A DNA stretch of 64,000 nt from Perna viridis (lineage: Eukaryota): contig CM074511.1 in assembly GCA_037379345.1 (NCBI GenBank), positions 26,542,862-26,606,861 of the forward strand, written 5' to 3'. The translations under genes and the position numbers were made by a program. Of the stretch, positions 24,701-36,700 are shown piece after piece. The notes below the pieces were generated by a model. The model was not told the origin of the DNA. It saw nothing but the letters and a program-made list of their open reading frames with translations, and did no database searches. Position 1 is the first letter of the stretch; each line of letters starts with the position of its first letter.

Positions 24701-27700
24701 TGTTGACTGTACTTTGCACAAATCATTCAATAAAAGTTATCCCCCAACCCCGATTGAATTTAAGCTTATACATAACGATAACTATGATCAGGCAACAGTG
24801 TTTTGTTTTATGTTTTTCACAATGGGTTTGAGTTTCATTTGTGAACGTAGTTGATGTTGCACGTTTCTAGTTATTATTGGTATATTTCAGCAAAAGATGC
24901 CTACCCTGTCGATGCACCTGGTTGTATGTTATTTGGTTTAATTTATGTTCTTTGTTTTGTGTTTTTAATTATCTTTTCTAGTTGCTCGGATTATTTTGTT
25001 GTTGATTACCATTCGAATCATGGATTCATTGATTTTCCTTTCGTTATTTAAAAAAAAACCAATGTTTTAAATTGATAGAGCGTTAGAATACCTTAAAACT
25101 GTGTAAGCAAGTTCAAATTTTCATTTATTTGTCCTTTCATGTCGTCAACACACAACTTGACGATTGCACCAGTGATTTAAAAAAGAAGAAAACATTAGTC
25201 CCTTTCTATCAATGCAACCAAGAATGACTTACTCTTGATACGATTTTCTTCTTTTCCCTCACTGAAACTAAAAAGAATGAACAAAGTTGATAAATGCAAC
25301 AAAATGGAGGTAATCAACATAGATACACTATGTGGTCTTTAATGAAAATGAATTATGATAAAAAAAAAATCGATCTTTGTCAGGTTGGACTTCTTCGGAC
25401 AAATATTTTTTTTAATCGATTCAATGATTGGCGGCCTCAATTTTTTAAGCATGCGCAAGCATTGTGATTTTTACAGTTTGCTTTACGGATTTTGCTTTAG
25501 GATTAACACTCACATTTACAAATACATTTGTAAAAGTAAATAAACGGTCACAGTTACATCATAGAATAATTCCGATAGGATAACAGATACACTTGTAAAT
25601 TGATATTAAGCAAAAATTATTGATGTTGAATTTCCACTAAGGATGTACCAAAGATGATAACTTCATGGTACATCCTGTTTTTTTGCGTCTATTGACACAT
25701 GGTTTTACCATTGTCACACAAGGCTACGTTTTTTATCATAAAAACTAAGGCTATCAATCATTGTAAGGTTTTTAAGTAAAATATACTGCATTATTTTAGG
25801 ATGAATATGCCCCTAAACAGTTCTTGATATTTGAGTATTATTATGTGACGTCTGTTGGTCCTTATTTTCAGTTTTGTATTCGGTTCGCAACATTTGTGCA
25901 TGTGGATCGTGTCTTTTTCATGTGTTCACGTATATGCCATTTTTTTTATTTTGGCGTATTTGAATAACCCCCAAATGCTGACGTTTCGTTATTTTTTTGC
26001 CAATATTTTATTTAAAGCTTTTTGAAAAGGGCTTAAGGAGGTAGACCTAGGGGAGGGACATAACTCGTAAAATCAGCGATATGCTTGTATCACATTCAAT
26101 TTCACCAAAGCCTTTCAAGCTTTCCCTTGACACAGAATGAAATCAGTCCAAGTTACTTTTTATGTTTACATTAGATGATTGTAAAATGCAAACGTTCCAC
26201 TGATTTACATTGTAAGAGTTGCGTTATTTTTTTTTCAGTATCTAATACCTGTACTCCTTATCAGTGTTCCGCGTACAATAGAAATACAGTACTAGTATTA
26301 TAGCAAGTAGTACTATCGCACAGGCAATGGTTGAAATAACAGCAATACCGACAGTTGTTTGAGCCCAGTTTTGGGTCGAAGTAATACTTGTGTCGACATA
26401 AGGTTCTACCAAACTAACAGGAAACGATGTAAATGCCGCTGATGAAAGTGCAGTACTCGGAGAACCATCGGATTCGCTGAGAACTTTGAGTATTTCTGAT
26501 TGCGTCATGAATGTTTTTTCATTGTCAATACCGTCTATTTTATCAGCATGGAGACTCTCAACCACGTAAATAACGGACTCTGACCTTAATGAGAAAGCAT
26601 TGAAACATTAACAAAAAACAATGGTTGATATTTTGTACTCCTGTTTGACGAATTTTTGACGAAATGATATTTTTCTATATCTCACTTAGCATTAAACAAT
26701 TTATAATGTAGTTTCTCTTGTTCAACATTCCGTCTAAAATGTCATCGAACAAAACTGATATTGTTACAAGAAAACTAGAGAACGAATATGCCTCCGCATG
26801 AATAAAGGGTCATAGCTCATTAACAAAAAAAAATTGTCTCCAGAAACGAACCAATTTTAGGAGTTTAAGAGTAATCAAGGGAACCAAGATTCGAGCTGAA
26901 ATCAAGACAGGGAAAATAAACACACACAACATAAAACATGAAGTGGACGCCTGGACAAGATGCATCAGTTGGGTAAGCGTCCTCCGCTTTTCTAGAAACT
27001 CCCGCCGAGTTGCTCATACATACAAAAAATACCAGTTTTATACATGTATATTGTAATTTCGATATTCTGTACACGTGTTTCAAGGAGTAACCTCTCATCG
27101 CCAGCAGTAAAATCAAATATGTAGGAAGATCATAATCAAAATATTAGTTTTTCTCATAGCCAAATTTATCGAAAGAGGAAGCCAAATCGATCAAAACTAT
27201 GACACTGTGAGAAAAATAGGTTTTTACGGTGCAAATGGATACACTATAAGATCTACGACGACCATAAAACTTCTGTAGTGGCGACTTCAATCTTGTAGCA
27301 ACATAACTTTGTTCCAGAAGCTTAATTGTAAGAAGTCTAGCAGTGTACAAAAAGTCCGCGCAGTTATGACAAGCGCTAGCATGACGTTTGAGTTGTGATA
27401 TAAAAACTCTATACGCAGGTGCTAAAGGGAGGTTGCTGAGCGGTTCATGAATTACTCGTGTATATTATCTTGACACAAAAAGAGGGAAGGCTGGACGAAC
27501 GAACGGACAGACATTAGGAACAATATATACCCTACTCGTTGAACGAGGGTAAAAGTTAATCAAATAGTACTTACTGTGCTGTTGCTAAAAGTCGTCTACG
27601 CCTTGCTTGATTTAGATTGTTTATCTTCCAAATTCCAACACGGTTTGATGGAAATAAAGTTTGTAGAGAAGTTCTCAGCTGATTTCTATAATTACAAGAA

Positions 27701-30700
27701 AATGTTATCTTTGACATGAACATTGATTGATGTGAGGGTTCGAATGATCATATATCTTCACATAAGATTATAACACTTTTTTTTAAATCAACCAAGTTGA
27801 TTCAATTTTTATTGACAATACCAAAAGTCATTGAAAGAAGCCCATTTGGATTTGGTTTCCTATTTTGGTAGTTTTGGTTTTGAGTACTTATTGTATACAA
27901 TTAATATTTCCTTTTATTAAAATTCCTATATATTTTGATTATACTGCTGCTTATGCAGGGGCGGATCCAGGATTTGAGTTGGGGGGGGGGCGTTAATTGA
28001 ATTGAATGCCGTGCAAAGCAAGGCAAAAAGTATTATGGTGTGAACAATTTTTAAAAAAATTTGAGACCGATTAGGGGGGAGGCGTACGTCCGGTATGCCA
28101 GTCCTTGGATCCGCGCCTGTTATGGGAGGTTACACATTGAAATACGTGTACAGCATATCAAAATTTGTAATATATATGATTTGTATTTTTTTTATGTTTA
28201 AAACATTGCATACTTCTTTAATATTTGACACATTCAAACAAATAATAGACCATCTTAAACAGGTCATCCATTAAACTATTTAAAATGGGGACGAATTACC
28301 TTTGTGCTTCCAAACTATCGGCAGTAACGGTATGCTTTAGGACAACCAAGTGTTTGTTTGGGGTCAAGGAGTCGACCCTTATCATTGCAGACGTTCCATT
28401 GGCTATTGCCGTCGCAGACTGAACTCTTAGTACCACCCACATAATGTATCGACTCTGATCGTACAGATATTTAGAATTTCTAACATACAAATTCCCAGAT
28501 GGAGATTTAAAATCAAATACTCCACCGCTATTCATTGTAATGTACTGTATGGTATCTGTTGGTGCAGTAGCAATCCCAAAATCCAGTGGCGTAAGTGTTG
28601 CTATTACGTCATTGTTTATTGCGTTGGTTGGACATTCCAGGGAAAAGTAATGTGACGATGTTGTAGGTGAATTTGGATCCACGTCATTGACATCTATTAT
28701 ATTAATATTAATTGTACTTATTCCACTTAAGGAAGGTGTTCCTCCATCCTTTGCATATAGAAAGAATGAAAATGAAGTGATTGTTTCGAAGTCTGGCAAC
28801 GATTTCAATGATAGTTTTCCTCCAGCGTCTATGCTAATCATTCCTGTTGCTATAGTATTAGCCGGGTCTATTTCGTATGACACTGTTCCAAAGGCACCAG
28901 AGTCAGCATCATTAGCAGTTACCGTAAAGAGGGAAAGTCCGACAGGACTATTTTCAACCACCGAAATTGTTTTAGAAGAGACAGTAAATACTGGGTTGTG
29001 ATTGTTCATATCTGTTACTGTAATACGTACAGCTTTGTTGTATTTCAATGCAGTATTTCCTTGATCTTCTACATAAACTGTGATGTAGTATACAGACTTG
29101 AGAGAATGCTCCAAGAGCTTATTGGTCTTTATAAGTCCGTTGTTTAAAACGATAGCCAAGTCATTATTAGTATCGCCAGATCTTATGGTAAAATGAATCG
29201 TTGCTCCTGGTGCATGAATCGGATCCGGTGCTACAGTGCCTATCGTTGTTCCAACAGTTGCATCCTCTGATACGGTAAAAGAATAATCGTTAACAACTGG
29301 TGTCAATGGAGGGTCAACAGTAATTTGCACCGTTGCTGTAGCCGTTCTTCGAGTTGATCCTTTATCAATTGCGTGAATTATCAGGTTGTAGACGTCGCTT
29401 GCGGGCGCTAGATTACCAATTGTCTTTATCTCGCCGGAAATAGTTTGAATTTTGAACAAAGAATCCGTATTTCCGCTTATAATGAAGAATTCTATCTGAC
29501 CGTTAGCACCGATATCAGCGTCAGAAGCGGTGATTGTAGTTATACTTGTTCCGGTAGTCGAAGTTCGAGAAATTGTCAAGGGTATAAATGATCCAGAAGT
29601 TATAACTGGGTCGTTATCGTTGGCATCAGTTATTACAATGGTTAAACTTGTAGTACCAGTGTTTATCGGAAGTCCACTATCCGTTGCACGTATCACTAGA
29701 AGATAGTTGTCTGTTGTTTCTCTGTCCAATATTCCAGCAAGTGTTAAATCACCCGTTGCCGGATCTATCTGAAACCTGAAATCACCATTTCCACTGCCGA
29801 TGCTGTAAGTTAAGATACGATTCGGACCAGTGTCACCGTCAGTGGCCCGAAAGGGAAAAATGACATCACTAACGGCTGTCAATTCTGAAAGGCTTAAGGA
29901 ATATAACGGTTGGCTAAATGCTGGAGATTGATTGTTAATATCATTTACTGTTATTTTGACCTTGCTAGTTCCCGTCAAAGAAGGACTACCACCGTCTAAT
30001 GCTGAAACCGTTAAATAATATAGACTTTGCGTGGATGCGTCTAAAACAGAATTTGATTTTATAACTCCAGTGGCAGGATCTAAGCTAAAATGTGCATTGT
30101 TTTCACCAGCAGTTATAGTATACGTAATGGCACTGTTAGTACCTTCATCATTATCAGTGGCGACAATAGTTCCAACGAGTGTATTTGTTGTTACAGTTTC
30201 GTCAACTGAAAAGAGATATTCAGCACTCCCAAATATCGGAACTATATCGTTGACATCATTGAGGTTTATTGTCAACACTAAAAAATCTGTTTTTGCTGCA
30301 TCATTCCGGTTTTCAGCTCGTATTAGCAAAGAATATGATGCAGTTGCTTCTCTATCTAATGAGCCAACAACCTGTATTTCCCCCGAATAAGGGTCTATGA
30401 AAAACTTTCCATTTGTATTTCCTGACTGAATTGTGTATTTAAGGTCCGCTGGTGCTCCGGTTGTACCTTCAACGGCACCATCTTTGGTTGCATCGCAGTC
30501 GTATATTATGATCCCAAGGTCAGTACTTTCTATGATGTTTAATGTGTCAGTGCCAGCGATATAAGAAGGTTCAGGATATATTGGGTTGACACCGATGATG
30601 ATAGAAGTTGATGATGATCTAGGGGGTGTGCCTTGATCTTTAGCTTCTACAACGATGATGTACTGACTTGTTGTCTCAAAATTCAGAGCACTGTTTACCT

Positions 30701-33700
30701 CGAGAGCCAACCCGTCCAATCTAAAGGCGTTGCCTGTGTTACCACCTGTGATTTTGTAAAGCAAGTTCGCATTTACCCCATCATCAGCATCACTACAGAC
30801 AATGGTCGTTATCATGGCACCGAGTGCTTCGTTTTCATCTACATTGAATGTCCCAACTGATGGTGTAAATTGGGGCTGGTTATCATTCTCGTCTGTAACT
30901 TGAATATTCATTGTGGCAGTTGTAGAACCACCAAGTCCATTATTTGCTTGAATCGTTAGTGAATATGATGCAGTAGTCTCTCGGTCAAGAAGTTTTGAAA
31001 GAAAAATGCCACCCTTATTTTGATCAATGATAAACGACCCGTCATTTCCAGCTGTTATTGAATAGGATATTGTTGCACTAGCATCCAGGTCTTGTGCTGA
31101 CACAGTAAACACCTTCGATCCAATTGGAGTGCCTTCTGATAAAGATTGACTGTATATTCCACCAGGAGCGGTAGAAAGAAATTCTGTCGGAAACTCGTCA
31201 AAGTCTGAAATTGTTATATAACATGTTGTTGTGCCTGTCAATGCAGGCGTTCCACCATCTTCTGCTGTAACAATAAGTGTATACGACGAAGTTGTTTCAC
31301 TGTTAAGTGCAGAATTCAATACTAGTTTTCCAGCTGCATTAAGTAAGAAGTCACCTCCAGGATCACCATTTAGGATGTGATAGGTTAATTCAGCGTTCAA
31401 CCCTAAATCAGTATCGGTGGCTGCTAAACTTATTATTTCCGTATTAGGAGCAAGATTTTCAACAATAGGGATATTGAAGAAGTCATTTGTAAACGCAGGT
31501 TTAACATCATTTGCATCTAAGACATGAACTGTCAATGTGGCTTCTTCAAACGTCCAGCTGATTGCATCAGTTATCCTCATTGTTAATGTGTAAGAAGCAG
31601 TTGTTTCTCTATCAAGTTTATTTAAGAGATATACAGCGCCTGTGTATGCGTTTATGCTGAACTTATTTGCATCATTTCCACTTTGAATGGAAAATGTTTT
31701 TGAAGCGGTAGCAGAATTTCCAGTTACAGTGTATACGATTGTTCCAATTGACGTAGCTTCATTTACATCAACAGCATCTGGTAACACATTGAAGGTTGGA
31801 TCAGACACCACTGTAACTTTGACACGAAGCACAGATGTTTTTGGAGTTCCTGCTTGATCTGACGCTAAAATCTCTAAATTGTAAGAAGGTTGGCCTAAAA
31901 GTTTGGCAACTACAATGTCCCCATTTGCTGCGAGACTAAAGTCCGAATTTGTGTTTCCGGAGACAAAACTGTATGTTATTTGCCCATTCACTCCTACGTC
32001 ATTGTCAGAACATCCTATCGTATGTATTACATCGCTAACAGTTACAGGAGGCGTTAAGGATACACTAGCGACATTAGTACAACTCGGATGAAATTCGTTA
32101 ACATCATCAACATTTATTGTGAGGGTTGTTTGAGAAGTTCGCTTGGTTGCAGTCGATTGATCTATTGATTTTATACCGATGGTGTATGTAGTTAATGTTT
32201 CACTGTCTAGCATGGATGCTACTCTTATTATGCCTGTTGTTGGCTCAATACTAAATACTGTCATATGAGACGTCAAAGTAAATTCAACTCGACCATCATC
32301 CCCGGCATCGTTATCAGTTGCAGCAACTTTAAATATTGATGTTCCTGTAGAAAGTTAACAGATAAAAGAACTATAAGCGTGTTGGATTTAACTGAAACAT
32401 TTTAAACCATTGAATACAAACTGTATTATTCGTGTATTTAACACTCTGAAATAGTCTTTACTAACGATTAAATCTGTAATTCTAAATTACAAAACGTAGT
32501 TACTTGGATAAACAAACAAACAGGTTAACCAATGTTTTTTTTGCATTTGTTTCTGTTTGTTGTCACTGAAAACATTCTTTCGACAATTCTATAATATTAT
32601 CGCTATTTTGTTTAAAATCCCTTTGATCTTGCTACACGATAATTTTCAATCTCACGCCAGTCGCGTGAGAGTGAAAATTATCGCTAGTTTCTATGTCCCC
32701 GCGTGACATACAAGCAACATCGTAGGAATATTTGACGACCCAAATAACCGTCTGTTTGTTTACTGCGTATGAAATAATGGCTAATTTGTGGCAATACTTT
32801 CTAGTCTACAATGGAAAATGATTAAATACGGTAACTTACCCGATTATAATGAATTATTTCACAAATTTTAAACGCGACTGTCATAGTTAACCGATTTTTT
32901 TTTCAAAAAATGTGCATCACAGCTGCACAACATACGTGACGTCACGTAGCACGTCGCCGAAAAATAGTCCCGAAAGGAAATTTTGCAGCGCTTACAAAAC
33001 TTACATATTTAGGTCAAGAAAACTGAAAATAAAAGAAAACTAATACCTTACAATTCAGCAGAACAGCGATAAACAGATTTTTTTTTTCAACTCGCGGGAG
33101 TTTCTCATATCCATCTCGACGAGATAAGAATGAGAAACTCCCTCTCGTTGAAAAAATATTAAATAATCTAATATTATCAATGAAATTTCTTTGACTATTA
33201 GCTAGTGGTAAATTGTTTCGTGAGTGAGAAATTGACATACCAATCGCAGTATTTTCTTGCACGTTTTTCGAGTATGGTGTTCCAGTAAATAAAGGAGAAA
33301 ACTCGTTCACCGGAGACACTGTTATTAAAACTGTTGTCGTTCCCGTTAGGCTTGGTGTCCCTGCATCTCTTGCTTCTACTATAACAGTACATGCTGTCTT
33401 ACTTTCAAAATCCAAATTATTTGTAAGTGATATTACCCCACTTACAGAATTGATAGACATTTTACAACCAGTAATTGTATGACCACCTGTAAGAATATAG
33501 ATGAAAGATAATGATTAAGGAATGATAAATTTACAAAACAAAAAAGAAAATTGATTTTAAAATGGAAATTTTAGAAAAACTTATGAAACATATGTATAGA
33601 ACAATTTATATTGTTTAACATGTTAGGTAAAGTTTACGTTGAAAGAGTAATCAAGGTAACCAAGGTTATAGCGGTAATCAAAGAGTAGTCAAGAGAACCA

Positions 33701-36700
33701 AGGTTATAGCGATAATCAAAAGAATGTAATCCAGGGACGACGACAAGACATGGAAAACAGACATATACAAAAAAGAACATAAATTAACTAAAATCATACA
33801 TACTGTAACAAAAGAAAATGAGCAACTCGGACTCCACTAAAAACTGGGAGCATGGACCAGGTGCACCGGTAGGGTAAGCGTCCTCTGCTATTCTAGAAAC
33901 ACCCGCCGAGTTGCTAATAAAAAGTCAAGTCCGGGTAGACAAACGAGGAAAGGAAAACTATGACCCGTTGAATAAATCAGTTGAAATGAGGAAAATAAGA
34001 AAAAGAGCATGTCATTCTCGAATTTTGGTAGAAATTGACCAACTGGAACTTTGGGAAGCCATCTTAAACCGGTGTGACATACACACAAGGAATGAGGCCA
34101 CATAAAACATTTGAAAACTAACATTGTTTTCCAGGGTTTAAATATATTATATGCAATAGCGAAACTTATAGTTTTGAACTTGTATAATTAATTAAATATG
34201 AAAAATGTATTTAAGGAATATTACAATTTAATTTTTAAGGGATGCAAGTACAAATTTTGAAAATGAATTTGTACCCAAAACACTTTTTTGTCTGGGATTA
34301 TTTGATTCGCGGACTGTCGACCAATTCATAATAACTACTAATGGGGTTTTTAGTGTCATTGACTACTCTTACCAGTCTCGCACGGACGGTATTTTTCATT
34401 CATAATAATGACGCCACAGTACCAATATACACAAATTAACCTGGTTTGTTCAAAGAGAGACAATTAATCAGAAAGCTTGTTATAAATCAAATTAAATAAT
34501 TTACCTGTTAATACATAAGTTATTTGATTATTTACACCAGCATCGTCCGAATCGACAGCAGATATCGGCGGTGTCATGGTAACAGTACCAATAGCATGGT
34601 CTTCAGATAATGCAACCGTATAAACATCCTGTAAAACCAAAGAAATTAAATACACAGAAAAAAATTATAAATGGTCAAAAATCAAAATTGTTTCCATTAT
34701 TTTTACTATTTTCGACGTAACAAATTTTAAATTAAGATTGCCTTGATCGAGTTTCCGGTCAATTGCTGAATGTACATTTTCCCGAAATAATTTTCCTTTT
34801 CAAAATAGGTCACATGATTAAAATAGGCGACTTTCACATTCGCCATTCACGTCGAATCTGGTGGAAACTGATATACAGTTTTACACTAAACCAGGAAAGA
34901 ATGTAGAATTTGAAGACCACTAAACAGTAATAGTTATGTGGAAATACGTCTCCGATCACAAAATGTCTGAATTTTTTCTGTAATATTTATATCATTTAAA
35001 AAATTATAGTAATCGAATCCAGTTTCTGTTCCCCATGTTTCCCACTGCAATGTCTTCCTTCCGATCTTGCGTCTGTTGACCACAGTTGACCTCGATATGA
35101 CTGTAGAATTTTACCGGAACAGAAGTGAACGTGAAAATCGTCTATCATTTACCTGTGTAAACGCTGGCGCGACATCATTTATGTCCGTCACAGTAATGGT
35201 CAAGGTTCCAGTAGTCTTTGATGCTGATAAATTTGACGAATAAGCAGAAATTGTAAGAGCATGCGTGGTAGCGGCCTCTCTGTCAATACCAGGTGATGAA
35301 ACGTACACCACTCCTGATTCATGTGAAAAAAATGAAGATATCTATGCAATACAATTATCCACGAATTCTCCAATGAATGGATTACAAAATTCAACTATAT
35401 AGTCAAGTAACTTTTTAGGTACTTCACAACGGTTTGCATTTTTTTGTAGGATAATTTGGTACAGTACCGATCTTTTTTTTCAATTTTATTTTGCAAAGGA
35501 AAATAAGTATTCGAAGTAGTACATTATTTCTGAACGAAAAACAATGTGGATCAATGGGTAAATACTCTATTTACAATAGAGAAAAGAGAAGATCTATGAA
35601 CCATGTTTTGAATACGTGTAAATTTAACAAATAATTTTCTTTTGGACAGACAACTTAAGTAGCTGTCTTTGTAAGAATCACGCAAAATCTGAAAAATGTG
35701 ATACATCCCCAAAAAGGATACATATTTTTATTTTTGTAATTAAGTTGTTTTATGGGTCTATATTATGAAATGTGTAATTATTCATTCAAATTTACCTGCT
35801 CTTAAGAGATACTCAACATTAAAAATGCAATAGCTTCTATTGTATTTGAGTGTCATTTACAGAGTTATCTCCCTTAATTTTGAATTCTACAGTGCATTCT
35901 ATACAATTTTTATCTCCTATGAGCACGGGTTATACGAAAAACCAAATGTTAATTTCTGTTTACTGAAGCATTTAAAACAAAATATCAAAAATAAAAATAA
36001 AAATATGTAGGCTTTCCAACCATGTATCACATTTTGCATGATTCTTAGCTGGAATGCTACTTAGGTTATTCAATTGAAATCCACAGGGTAAAGTACAGAA
36101 AATTTCACCTGAATTGGCATCAATTCCAAAAAGATTGGTAGCAGTATCAATGCCATATGTTATTTTTGAATGTGTTGATCCGGCTTTGTCGGCGTCTGTT
36201 GCAGTAATTGTAACGACTGGAGTTGCCGCCGCACTGTTTTCTGCGACAGCTTACAAAAAATAAACACAAATTTAAAGCGGAATAAGAGCATTATTGTTTT
36301 GTTATTGAAGTTTTCTTCAACTACCAGTATACTTTATATGTATAAAACATGCAACTAACATTTTTTTTTAACATAAGCTGTCGACATTTTATTAACTTAA
36401 TAAATATAGTGAAACCCGTTTTAATCAAACACCTATGGGACCATGGAATTTGATTGGTTCAGACAGATGTTCGTTTTACTTAGAATCAAAGTACATTTAA
36501 ATTGATGGTTTTCAAAAGTATTTCGGTATTTGGCTTTCGGATTATTCAGGGTTAAGTTTCGACAGTTTTAATTCGGTTATTGATTTCGTTATTGGATTTG
36601 TTTTCGAATTTAAATGAAATTTATATTTTTTACAAACTGCAAATGTTCTTATTTGATATCTGGAAGTTTAAAATAGAATTGCTTTTATTTTGAAATTGCC

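Noticed and set aside
28687-32091. Short plus-strand ORFs over the gene A exon, and other short ORFs in the track
   Set aside because: Antisense or low-complexity frames without independent coding signal
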